Below are positions 32,075 to 42,009 of a stretch of DNA of 64,000 bases, piece by piece. How positions within the stretch are numbered: the stretch's first letter is position 1; the number at the start of each line of letters is the position of its first letter. Source of the stretch: Candidatus Aminicenantes bacterium (lineage in GTDB: Bacteria > Acidobacteriota > Aminicenantia > Aminicenantales > JAFGBC01); assembly GCA_963702005.1 (NCBI GenBank), contig OY969696.1:736001-800000 (forward strand). Direction: 5' to 3'. The notes under the pieces were generated by a model. That model made no database searches. It saw nothing but the letters and a program-made list of their open reading frames with translations, and was not told where the DNA came from. A program made the translations under genes and the position numbers.

Positions 32075-33998
32075 ATGGCCGGGCTCGACAAAGACCACGT
32101 CATCTTCGGCACGGCCGGCCACATCGACCACGGCAAGAGCTCGCTGGTCAAGGCCCTGACCGGGACCGATCCCGACACGCTTCCTGAAGAAGAAGCTCCG
32201 GGGGATGACGATCGAGCTCGGGTTCGTATTCCTGGACCTCCCCGACTACGAGAAGCAGATCGTCTTCATCGACGTCCCCGGCCACGAGCGGTTCGTCAAG
32301 ACGATGGCGGCCGGGGCCTCGAACATCGACGCCGCCCTCCTGGTCATCGCCGCCGACGAGGGCGTATCGGTCCAAACCCGCGAGCACTTCGACATCCTCC
32401 GTCTCCTCGACGTCCCGCTCGGGATGGTCGTCCTGACCAAGGCCGACCTGGTCGACGCGGACCGGATGGCCGAAGTCCGCGGCGACGTCGTCCGTTTCGT
32501 CGCGGGCTCCTTCCTCGAGGGCGCTCCCCTTCTGGCCGTCTCGTCCGTGACCGGCGCCGGGATCCCCGAGCTCAAAGCGGCCCTGGTTGAGATGGGGCGG
32601 AAAGTGCGGCGGCGGAGCGACACGGGCTTCTTCCGGATGCCGGTCGACCGCGTCTTCACCATCCAGGGCTTCGGCACGGTCGTGGCGGGAACGGTCCTGG
32701 GCGGCGCGGTCGGCGTCGGCGACCGGATCGAGGTTTTTCCCGATCGGCTTCCGGCCCGGGTCCGGGGCGTTCAAGTCCACGGCCGCGGCGCCGAGCGGAG
32801 CGGGATCGGGACACGGACGGCCCTCAACCTGATGGACGTCAAGAAGGAGGATCTGCGGCGGGGACAATGCGTCGCCGCGGCCGGCAGCCTGACGCCGACC
32901 AACCGGCTCGACACGGAGCTTCTCTTGCTGGCCGACGCCGGCAAGGAGCTCAAGCACCGCGAGCGGGTCCGCCTCCACGTCGGGACGGACGAGGTCATCG
33001 CCCGAGTCGTCCTTCTCGACCGGGCCGCGGTCCAGCCGGGCGAGAAGGGCTTTGTCCAGTTCGTCCTAGAGGCGCCGACCGTGGCGCTTCCCGGCGACCG
33101 GTTCGTCATCCGGACCTTCTCGCCGCTGATGACGATCGGAGGAGGCCGGGTCCTCGACCCGACGCCGGGCCGGCACAAACGGTTCGACGATCAGGTCATC
33201 CAGGGGTTGGGCCGGCTCGAAGGGAGCCTCGACGAGGTCGTCGAACAGCTTTTAGTCAAGGCCCGTTTCGCGCCCCAATCTCTGAGCGAGCTGGAGTTGA
33301 GCCTGGGCGGCCGCGCCAAGGAGGTCAAGGAATCCGTCGCCGCGCTCGTCGCGGCGGGGAAGACCGTCGCCGTCCCGTTCGAGAAGGAGGAGCGCTACCT
33401 TCACGCCGGCGCCGCGGCCGAGCTCGCCGGGAGGCTCGTCGGACTCGTCAAGGACTACTTCGAGAAGTTCCCCCACAAGCTGTCGATGCCCCTCGGCGAC
33501 CTCCGCTCCCAGTTCCTGAAGCTGAGCGAGGCGGCCGTCTTCCGGAAACTCCTGGAGGAGCGGGCGGCCCAAGGCGCCTTGGACGCCCAGGGGACCGAGG
33601 TCCGCCTCCCCGAGCGCGGCGTTCGGATGACGGCCCGCGAGCAGGAACTGGCCCGCCGGATCGAGGAGGCCTATCTCAAGGCCGGCTACGACAGTCCGCT
33701 CGATGACGAGCTGTGCCGGACGTTGGGCGCCGAGCCGCCCCTGTTCGAGAAGGTCCTGTTCAGCCTCTACGACCAGAAAAAGCTGATCCGTCTCAACCCC
33801 AAGGTCACCTACCACGTCGATACGGTCGCCAGCATGAAGGCGCTCGTCCAGGAGCACCTCAAACGGAAAGGGGGCATCACGATCGCGGAGCTCCGGGATA
33901 CGATCAAGCTTTCGCGCAAGTACGCGCAGGCCGTCCTCGAGTATTTCGACCGGGTCGGGTTGACCCGGCGCGTCGAGGACCGCCATGTGCTAAAATAG
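32075..33998 (+). CDS. selB: Selenocysteine-specific elongation factor; +1 frameshift near 32186-32194
   Basis: [11 protein letters not shown] in frame from 32075; [20 protein letters not shown] and C-terminal winged helix ([13 protein letters not shown]) in next frame; one extra A in GAAGAAGAAG. Confidence 0.93.
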
Positions 33999-34010
33999 AC
34001 GACGACCCGC

Positions 34011-34106
34011 GGGAGGGTATAGGTTCCGGTGGGCCTTCTGGACTTCAAATCCAGCACGGGGCCGTGAAACGTCCCGGGTGGGTTCAACTCCCACACCTTC
34101 CCGCCA
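34011..34106 (+). tRNA. selC: tRNA-Sec (anticodon UCA)
   Basis: 8-bp acceptor GGGAGGGT/ACCTTCCC, anticodon arm CTGGA-CTTCAAA-TCCAG, long variable arm, T arm GTGGG-TTCAACT-CCCAC, G discriminator and CCA; 96 nt. Confidence 0.97.
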
Positions 34107-34134
34107 CAGCCTCTCTCAGGGGGTAGGGGGGAGC

Positions 34135-34539
34135 TCATCCGGCCAGAAAACGGGCCGGGGACAGGGCCGTGTCGGGGAAGCTCTTGAGGAGGGCCTTGTC
34201 CGTCGTGACCAGGCGGACGTCCAGTCCCCGGGCGAGCGCGACGAACTCGCAGTCGTAGGCGGAGCATTCCGATCCGGCCGCCAGGCTCAACACGTCGAAG
34301 GAATCCACGGCGAACTCGTTGCCCTTCATCAGGGACTCAGCTTCCTTCATAATCCGGGCCGCGTCATCCAGCCCGAAGAATCTCTTTCCGAGGCAGGCGG
34401 CCAGGACGCTCCGGAATTCGCTCCGCCATAGAGGGGGAGCCGCCCAGATCGGATCCTTGCGCAAAACCTTTTCGGCCGCGCCGCTGTGCTCCCCTTTGAT
34501 GAACAGATAGGCGACCAGGTTCGTGTCGACGGCGATCAC
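34135..34539 (-). CDS. vapC: PIN-domain VapC toxin
   Basis: IAVDTN, SEFRS, SAYDCEFV, LVTTDK acidic PIN residues. Confidence 0.9.
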   Translation of the reverse strand: MIAVDTNLVAYLFIKGEHSGAAEKVLRKDPIWAAPPLWRSEFRSVLAACLGKRFFGLDDAARIMKEAESLMKGNEFAVDSFDVLSLAAGSECSAYDCEFVALARGLDVRLVTTDKALLKSFPDTALSPARFLAG

Positions 34540-34781
34540 GGGCGCCCCCGTCGCTTGGCCCGGTCGATAAAGTCTTGGTCCAGGACGCGGCCGGCGGTTT
34601 TATTCCTAAGGACCCGTGCTCTGGCCAGGACATCGTCCGGCTCCAGGCGGCGGGCGGTCAAGGTCTCCTCGAAGATCGAGAGGATTTCGCCGTTGATGCT
34701 CCGGCGGTTCCGACCCGCCCGGGCCCTGATCTTGTCGAACAGCTCCTGGGGGATATTCTTGACGGTGAAGTTCGCTGGCAT
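34536..34781 (-). CDS. Arc/FitA ribbon-helix-helix antitoxin
   Basis: FTVKNIP..RA.RNRRSINGEI; 4-nt overlap with vapC. Confidence 0.85.
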   Translation of the reverse strand: MPANFTVKNIPQELFDKIRARAGRNRRSINGEILSIFEETLTARRLEPDDVLARARVLRNKTAGRVLDQDFIDRAKRRGRP

Positions 34782-34902
34782 CGCTCCGGACCGTTGGTTG
34801 TAATCTGGTTCCATTATGGTTCTTTCAAGACTAAAAGTCAATACGGATCTCCAGCGGTTGTCGATCTCCGGGAGATGTCCTCTTCAGGAATGACGCTTCG
34901 AG

Positions 34903-36264
34903 TCAGGGGGCCGTCTCGCCGCCAAGGTAGCTTCCGACGATCTCCCGCCCCGCCCGCATCAGCTCGTGGATCCAGGAGTAGGCGAAGCGGCCGCCGCGGC
35001 CGGCGAGCCTCAGGTTGCCGAACCGCCCCAAGTAGGAGAGGACGGTCTCGACGTTCTTCGCGCTCTCCCTCTCCAGGATGGGATAGGCATGAGAGAGCCG
35101 GCTGACCTCGGCGTCGATCGGATCGCCGCTTCCGAGCCAGCCGATATTGCGGAGGAGCGACGCCGTGCGCTCGACCAGGGACCCGTCCCCTGAATTCCAA
35201 ATTTCGTCCCCCCGCTGGCAGGGGATCTCGGCGACGAGCGAAGTCCTGCCGGCGGGCGCCATGCGCGCGCTCCGGTTCTTCGGTTCATAGACCCGCGTGA
35301 ACGGGAATTCTTTGTCCGGGAAATAAACGGTCGCCGCCTTCGTCACGGAATCGCAGCCGAGAAACAGGGCGACCAGGACGAGATCCCTGAAGCGCAAGAG
35401 AGAGGCGCTCCGCAGGACTCCGTCGGGCGGCCGGGGCGCCATCATCCGGATGAATTCGGGGAGCGGGAGGGAGCTTATAAACTCGTCGGCTTGGACGGTT
35501 GCGCCGCCCCCGGTTTCGACGGCCATAATCCGTACGCCGTCGTGGATGACCCGCGTCACGGGAGCGTTTGTCCGGATTCGCTCCTTTCCGCAGAATTCGA
35601 CCAGACGCTCGGCGAGGGCGCCGATACCCGGACGCGGATAATAAAAAGAGCCGTCGACGTGCTTGGTGCCCGCCTTCCGGCCCAGGAAGGCCTCGATCAG
35701 GACGGTGCCAAGGGTCAGCCCGTTCATGCGCCGGCCGGAGACCTCGGGAGACAGCTGCCGGCAGGGGACGCCCCAAAGCTTCTCGGAATAATTCAACAGG
35801 AAGCGCTCGCTGATCGTGTCGCCGTACTTGTTCCGGGCGAACGACTCGAAGTCGTCGCTCCGCCGGGCGGCTTTGAGCCGGCCGGACATGACCTGGACCC
35901 CGGATGAAAGGAAGGCCGCGGGACCCAGGCTCCTCATCAAGTTGAGCGGCAGGAAGGGGAAGTCGATCAGGATCCCCCGCCGGTAGATCTTGCTGGGGAC
36001 GTGGATCATTTCCAGCTCTCCGTCAAGCAGGGATCGAATCTCCGCCGTCGCTACGGGGTCCTTGTCGTGAATGCGGTGCGCCCCCGTGTCGTACAGGAAT
36101 TCCGTATGCTTCAGGGTCCGGGCGTTTCCCCCGCAGCGATCGCGGGCTTCGAGGACGATGAAGGGCAGTCCATTCTTCCTGGCGTAAAAGGCCGCCGACA
36201 GTCCGGCGACTCCGCCGCCCAAGATGGCGATCAGCCCCGGCCTTTGTCTCCGTCCGTCCTGCAT
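34903..36264 (-). CDS. FAD-dependent oxidoreductase (protoporphyrinogen oxidase / UDP-galactopyranose mutase-like)
   Basis: ILGGGVAGLSAA, CGG, DTGAH, YSEKLWG, HAYP, GRGGRFAY. Confidence 0.82.
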   Translation of the reverse strand: MQDGRRQRPGLIAILGGGVAGLSAAFYARKNGLPFIVLEARDRCGGNARTLKHTEFLYDTGAHRIHDKDPVATAEIRSLLDGELEMIHVPSKIYRRGILIDFPFLPLNLMRSLGPAAFLSSGVQVMSGRLKAARRSDDFESFARNKYGDTISERFLLNYSEKLWGVPCRQLSPEVSGRRMNGLTLGTVLIEAFLGRKAGTKHVDGSFYYPRPGIGALAERLVEFCGKERIRTNAPVTRVIHDGVRIMAVETGGGATVQADEFISSLPLPEFIRMMAPRPPDGVLRSASLLRFRDLVLVALFLGCDSVTKAATVYFPDKEFPFTRVYEPKNRSARMAPAGRTSLVAEIPCQRGDEIWNSGDGSLVERTASLLRNIGWLGSGDPIDAEVSRLSHAYPILERESAKNVETVLSYLGRFGNLRLAGRGGRFAYSWIHELMRAGREIVGSYLGGETAP

Positions 36265-36367
36265 TGTCGCCCCGCAGCTCCCTTGCTTGGGACGCCTTGC
36301 GCTCGTTCGTTTGACAATAGATGATAGACGGCCCGCGGCGAGTTGTCAAACGCGTCCCGGACTCAGC

Positions 36368-38833
36368 TTATCGTATGGTCACGGTCGCGGGCGGGCCCTC
36401 GCGGCCCGTTTCCGGATCGACCGCGACAAGCCGGTACGTGTAGGCCTTGGTCTTGTCCACGCCGCGCTCCCGATACTCGAATGTCGCCGCGTCGAGCGAA
36501 GCGACGAGGCGCGGCGTCGTCCCCTCGACCAGGTAGAGCCGGTAGGTCAGCCCGGCGTCGTTGGCAGGATTCCGCCGCCAGTTCAGGACGTTGACGTACT
36601 CGACGAAGAGGAGCGAGCGGTTTTCTTTCTTCGTGCCTTTGAAGTCGAGCGGTTCGTAGATGGTCCGCTGGAATTCGGCCCGGACGGCCAGGTCGCGGTC
36701 GACGGTGACGGTCAAGGGATTCGTCGTCCCCGATGCGTCTCCGCTCCAACCCATGAAATGATAGTTCGAGGCCGCCGTCGCCGTGATGGTCACTTGACTT
36801 CCCGGGCTATGTTTATAGGTTCCGGGAGCGGGCGTCGTCGTGCCGCCCGAGGTCGCGCTGATGACGAGGGCGTACTGGCCGCCCGGCCGGATTTGGCAGA
36901 GGCCTCCGCCCGGGGTCGCGGCGACGAGCGTGCCGGTCCCCTTGACGAAGTCGAGGGCGCTGACCGTTTTCACGATCAGGCCCAGGCTGTAATCGGACCA
37001 GGAACTCCCGAAATCCACGCTCTTCCGGACGCCGGCCCAGCCGCCCGCGTAAACCTGGTTGGGGAGGGCCGGATTGACCGCGATGGCCGTCGTCGAGGCG
37101 GTCAGGCAATGGGTCCAGGTCGCGCCGGAGTCCTCGCTGCGGAAGACGCCGTCGTCGGACGCGGCGTAAATACGGAAGGGCGAGACGGGATCGAGGACGA
37201 GGGCGGTGATGGGAGCCGAAAATACGTTGGTCCCCAGCCCCGTCCAGGTTTCGCCTCCGTCCGATGTCCGGCAAACCGAGCCCAGGCTGTTCTGAGTGCC
37301 TCCGACATAGATGATCTGCTCGTTCGTAGGATGCACCGCGATGGCGCAGACCATCCCGGGATCGGGCAGGAGCTTGGACGCCCAATTGGCCCCTCCATCC
37401 GTCGAGATATACAAGGTGACATTGCTGCCCGGCGGACTGCCTCCCGCGTAAAGATGATCGAAGTTCTGGGAATGAACGACCAGAACATCGAGCTGGCCCT
37501 GCTGCAACAGGCTCGTCCAGCTGTTGCCTCCATCTACAGACCTGTAGATGTAGTCTCCGGACCCTCAGCCCTGGCCGGGCGCGATCATATAAACGGTCCG
37601 GGGGTTGCCGGGATCGACGGCCGCGATATAACCCTGATCGTCGCAGCTGTAAAAATAGGGGAGGAGGGACCAGGTCCGGCCGAAGCTGTCGCTCCGATAG
37701 AATCCGCAGTTGGAAACATTGGCATAAAGGACGTTGGGGTAAGAGGCCGGTACATAGAAGGACGGGACCCGGCAGGCCCGAACCCCGGTTTGACTGGCCG
37801 CCCAGGTCGCGCCCGCGTCCGTGCTGCGGTAGACTCCGGCGTCCGAGCCGAAGAAAACCGAGCTTCCCGCCACGGCCATGCGGCGGCAGTCGCCGAGAAG
37901 ACCCGTTTCGGCGGACGTCCAGTCGATGCCGCCGTCCGTGCTCTTGTAGACCCTTTTCTGATAGCCGGCATAGAGGACGGAGGAATTCGCCGGGTCGATG
38001 GCCAGCCCGTAAGCGCAGCTGGTGTTGGCGCTGCTCTGCCAGGTCTGTCCCGAGTCCGAGGAGCGATAGACGCCCCCTTCGGTCGCGGCGAAGACCCGGG
38101 AGGGATTGTTCGGATCCGTTGCCAGGTCGTAGATCTGGGTTGAGAGCCCGCCCGTGATGTCTTGCCAGGAATCGCCGCCGTTCGTCGTCCGGTAGACGAA
38201 GAATTTAGCCGTCGTGGCGGTCCGGTAAATCCCGCTGACATAAATGACGGCCGGATTCCCGAAATTGACGCAGAGGCTGTGGCTCTCGGCGAGATCCGCG
38301 CCGGGCGAGATTCGCTTGGACGTCCAGGTTTGGCCGCCGTCCGTCGTGCGGGCTAATCCGACCGAGGCCGTCTCGGACGTTATCTGGCCGAGGATGAACA
38401 GGCTGTCGGGATCGCTGGGATGGGCGGCCAGCCGTTCGAAGCTGGTGAAGCCGCGCGGATTCGTGAGCTGCGTCCAGGACGAGCCGCCGTTTCGGGATTT
38501 GAAAAGGGAGAGCCAGCTCATGGCATAGAGGCCGCCGCTTCCCGGAGGGCCGAAGGCGAGGTCCGTGATGGGATCATTGAATAACCCGATCCTCTTCCAG
38601 GTTTTGCCTTCGTTCGCGCTCCGGTAGACCTGGGCCGGCGTCGAATCGAAGACGGCCATGAGATCGTTGGCGTTCGCGGGATTCACGGCCAGGTCGCGCA
38701 GGCCGCCGCCGTCGGGACCGATCGATTTCCAAGCGGGGTTGTCCGCCCCGGCCGGCCGCGGCCGGGTTGGAGCGGCGGGAGGGCCGAGGATGAGCGCGGC
38801 TATCAGGATCGAGAATCCAATTCCTTTTTTCAT
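36368..38833 (-). CDS. Putative selenoprotein 5: exported Asp-box beta-propeller with C-terminal InlB B-repeat-like and Fn3-like domains (821 aa, Sec423 at TGA 37565-37567)
   Basis: ...APGQG-U-GSGDYIYRSVDGGNSWTSLL... in frame into ORF 36368..37507; FMGWSGD and YTYRLVAVD tail. Confidence 0.88.
37531..37550 (-). promoter_or_regulatory. SECIS-like hairpin with compensatory pair
   Basis: CAUCUACA-GGUC-UGUAGAUG; G-C to A-U change on both arms; 14 nt after UGA. Confidence 0.9.
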
Positions 38834-38909
38834 AAAAACACCCTCCGCCTGGAATCAGCAGGGTCCGAATCTGATTCCCGATTATTTTATATAGGAGGGC
38901 GGTCGGGGA

Positions 38910-38966
38910 GTCAACCTTTCGACACCCATAGCCGTTTCCGGCTTAGTATGAGTGCTGCAAGGCTGC
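38910..38966. repeat. Copy of dispersed palindromic element
   Basis: Reverse complement GCAGCCTTGCAGCACTCAT..AGCCGGAAACGGCTATGGGTGTCGAAAGGTTGAC matches the 6470-6603 motifs. Confidence 0.7.
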
Positions 38967-39050
38967 TCCCCGGCCCCGGATTGATTTGTGGAAGCTTTTC
39001 TGGTAAACAAGGGAGACAGGAACCGACATCGCGGGAAGGAGGTAGGGCTC

Positions 39051-41033
39051 ATGCAGGCTTGGAAGCGCCGATTCCCGGCGGCCCTCATCAAGATCCTGAT
39101 CCTCGGCGCGCTCGCCTTTCTTTCGGTCAAGCCGGCCGCCGCCCAGAATCCGATCGACTTTACCCTCAAGGACGCGGACGGCAATGACGTCCACCTCCGC
39201 GACTTCCTGGGCAATAAGGTCGTCCTGGTCGATTTCTGGGCGACCTGGTGCGTCCCCTGCGTCAAGGAGCTGTCCCACTTCCAGCGCTTCTACGAGTCCT
39301 ATAAGGACAAGGGTTTGGTCGTCCTGGCCATTTCCGAGGACGGCCCCGAGACCGTGGCCATGGTCAAGCCCTTCCAGCGGCGCTACAAGTACACCTTCAC
39401 CATCCTCCTCGACTCCGAATCCAAGGTCCTGGCCCTCTACAACCCGAGGGTCGTCTTGCCCTACACGCTCCTCATCGGCCGCGACGGCCGGATCGCCAAG
39501 ATCCACCAGGGCTACAGCCTGGGCGACGAGAAAATGCTCGAGCAGGAGATCGTCGAGCTTCTCGAGCCCAAGGCGGAAGTCAAGGCGAGCCGGATGTCGC
39601 TGAGCGCCAGCGAATCCTTCCTGTACCGCCATTTCACCGACAAGGATTATGTCGACGACTCGCGCGAGGGCCGGCCCAACCAAATCCTCAACAAGTTCGA
39701 CCTGACCCTTAACGCGGGCGATCTCCTGGTCGGGATCAGGGCCGACGCGAACCTCGACTTCTCGCCGATGCGGCACGATTACAGCCTGGCCAAGCGGTTC
39801 GTCGAGTTCAACAAATGGAACTTCAGCCTGCGGGCCGGGGATTTCTATTACTCGGTGGGGCGGGGGCTCGCCTTCAGCCTGCTCAAGATCTTCGAGAAGG
39901 AGGGCCTCGAGTACATCATCGACACGACCATCGAGGGCGGGAAGCTCAGCTACGGCGGGAACAAGTTCGAAGCCTGGGGGGGCTGGGTCGAACGCGAGCG
40001 GACGTCGCGGGAGGCGCCGATCGTCCGGGACCTGGTCGGGGGGCTGAGCGTCGGGACCCGCGTCTTGAGCTTCGCCGACGTCAACCTCAACGTCGTCGGG
40101 GCGCGGCTCGAGCCGGGCTCCGCGTTGGGGAGCCGGAACGTCTCCATGGAAACCCTGACCTTCTCGGCGGCCAAGATCGGCAATTTCGCCAAGTTCTACG
40201 GCGAGGGCCTCCTCATCCAGAAGGAAAAATTCTATGTCCCGAACACGATCTACGGCCACGGCGTTTATCTCGAGTCGGGGCTGTTCTTCGGGAACCTGAC
40301 TCTTTTATTCGAGTTCAAGGATTACCAGGACCTCGACTTCGAATACAACCGGCCGCCCCTGCTTGAGAGCGAGCAGCTGGCCGTCGTCGCCAACCAGTTC
40401 GTGACCTCGGCCAAGGACTCGACCGGCGCCGCGATCCGGGCCGATTGGTATTTCCCGGGGGCCTCGACCCTTCTCTTTGCCAAGGGCAGCTGGATCGACG
40501 ACCTGCCCGGCCACTTTCCGCGGACGATCACCCATTTTTTCGGGGGCGTCGAGAAGAAGTTCAAGGAGACGGGCTGGCTGACCCTGATCGGCGGCTACCG
40601 AAACGAGCAGGCGAGCTCCCTGGTTTTTTACTATACGGCGGGCCGGACCTTCCATTGGCAGGGGAATCTCAGCTATCCCCTGACCAGGCGTCTGAGCCTC
40701 GAGCTCGACATCGAGGCCAAGGACTTCGACGGAACGGTCCCCTTCGGAGGGAGGTTTACCGATTATTTCGAACGGCGCTCGTACCTGTCCTTGAGCTACT
40801 CCCCCCGTCTCATCCTGACCGTCCTCTACGACCGGACGGACGACCCCGAGATCCTGGCCGTCAAGAACAAGAAGGATTGGTGGGGGACGCAGCTCGAGAT
40901 CAAACTATCCCACGCCAAGTCGATCCGGATCTTCTACGGGTCCAACAAGGGGGGCGTCAAGTGCGCGGGCGGCGTCTGCAAATTCTTCCCGCCCTTCGAA
41001 GGGTTGAGGATCGACGGCGTCCTTAGGTTCTGA
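39051..41033 (+). CDS. TlpA-like thioredoxin (WCVPC) fused to outer-membrane beta-barrel with C-terminal Cx4C (DUF6029-like)
   Basis: Signal peptide, DFWATWCVPC, alternating beta strands, GGVKCAGGVCKF, terminal Phe. Confidence 0.78.
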   Translation: MQAWKRRFPAALIKILILGALAFLSVKPAAAQNPIDFTLKDADGNDVHLRDFLGNKVVLVDFWATWCVPCVKELSHFQRFYESYKDKGLVVLAISEDGPETVAMVKPFQRRYKYTFTILLDSESKVLALYNPRVVLPYTLLIGRDGRIAKIHQGYSLGDEKMLEQEIVELLEPKAEVKASRMSLSASESFLYRHFTDKDYVDDSREGRPNQILNKFDLTLNAGDLLVGIRADANLDFSPMRHDYSLAKRFVEFNKWNFSLRAGDFYYSVGRGLAFSLLKIFEKEGLEYIIDTTIEGGKLSYGGNKFEAWGGWVERERTSREAPIVRDLVGGLSVGTRVLSFADVNLNVVGARLEPGSALGSRNVSMETLTFSAAKIGNFAKFYGEGLLIQKEKFYVPNTIYGHGVYLESGLFFGNLTLLFEFKDYQDLDFEYNRPPLLESEQLAVVANQFVTSAKDSTGAAIRADWYFPGASTLLFAKGSWIDDLPGHFPRTITHFFGGVEKKFKETGWLTLIGGYRNEQASSLVFYYTAGRTFHWQGNLSYPLTRRLSLELDIEAKDFDGTVPFGGRFTDYFERRSYLSLSYSPRLILTVLYDRTDDPEILAVKNKKDWWGTQLEIKLSHAKSIRIFYGSNKGGVKCAGGVCKFFPPFEGLRIDGVLRF

Positions 41034-41111
41034 AGCCGGGAACGGGCCGGACGTTATCGCCTATCCGTTCCAGGGGGGATTTGAAAAAGTGACAAAGTGT
41101 AGGTTTGACCC

Positions 41112-41867
41112 TCACAAGTATTTTTGGATGATGTTATCGACCTCGGCTTTGATGTAACCCTCCCGCTTGTAGCGGATGGTCCGGTTCCGGTCCATGATGT
41201 GGGGGAGGGGGATCGAATTCCGCCGGAATTGATCATAGATGGCGTGGCTGTTGTCGTCCAGGACCGGGAAGGTCAGTTTATAAGTCTCGGACCAGGTCTT
41301 GGCGCTCCCCTCGATGACGCATAGGATGTACATGAATCCCTTGCCCTTGAGGCTCTGATAGAAGGACTCGGCCGTTTCGGCCTTCTCCCGGCAGGGGCCG
41401 CACCAGTCGGCCGAGAAATCGAGCAGGATGACCTTGCCGTGGTAGGCCGAGAGAGTCACGTCGGCGCCGTTCTGGTCCTTGGCAGTGAAATCGAGGGCGA
41501 TAGACCCTTCCTCGGTCCCGTAGGTCGCGGCCGAGGCCGTGAAGGCCAGGTCGCTCCGCGAAGCCGACCCGACCTCATAGTCGGAGGGGCTGAAGGCGTA
41601 GCCGAGCCGCGAAGGCGTGATGATGTACCCTCCGCCGGGAAGATCGCTGAAGCTGAACCGTCCGTCGCTTCCCGTCGTCGTGGACTTAGAGGCGTCCCAG
41701 GACAAGTAGACGTCGATACCGGGAAGGGCCTGGCCGCCCTGGCTGACGGGGCCGCTGAAGCTCAGCAGGGACCCCTCGGGCCCGGTCGTCGTGGAAGTCT
41801 TGCAGGCCCCCAAGGCCAGGAGCCCGATCGCGAGGGCGAGAATGGCGACCCGGTTCGTCCCGTTCAT
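41112..41867 (-). CDS. Lipoprotein with carboxypeptidase-regulatory-like domain and TlpA/redoxin domain
   Basis: Lipobox LGA|C, TGSDGRFSF, DFSADWCGPC. Confidence 0.82.
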   Translation of the reverse strand: MNGTNRVAILALAIGLLALGACKTSTTTGPEGSLLSFSGPVSQGGQALPGIDVYLSWDASKSTTTGSDGRFSFSDLPGGGYIITPSRLGYAFSPSDYEVGSASRSDLAFTASAATYGTEEGSIALDFTAKDQNGADVTLSAYHGKVILLDFSADWCGPCREKAETAESFYQSLKGKGFMYILCVIEGSAKTWSETYKLTFPVLDDNSHAIYDQFRRNSIPLPHIMDRNRTIRYKREGYIKAEVDNIIQKYL

Positions 41868-41921
41868 GATGACTCTCCTTCGGGGACTTTCGCTCTCCAG
41901 TATAGGTCAAGCTTCCGGCTT

Positions 41922-42000
41922 GTCAACCCCTCAACACACACGAACCGTTCCCGGTTCGTGAGTACTGCAAGGCGGGCTTAACGTCGGCGAACGGGTCAAC
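41922..42000. repeat. Copy of dispersed palindromic element
   Basis: Reverse complement GTTGACCCGTTCGCCGACG..AAGCCCGCCTTGCAGTACTCACGAACCGGGAACGGTTCGTG..GGGGTTGAC, near-identical to parts of 6245-6362. Confidence 0.78.
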
Positions 42001-42009
42001 CGGCCGTCC

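Noticed and set aside
31139-32590. 483-aa ORF overlapping selD and selB
   Set aside because: Shadow frame; only its segment from 32075 to ~32190 is real (SelB N-terminus before the frameshift).
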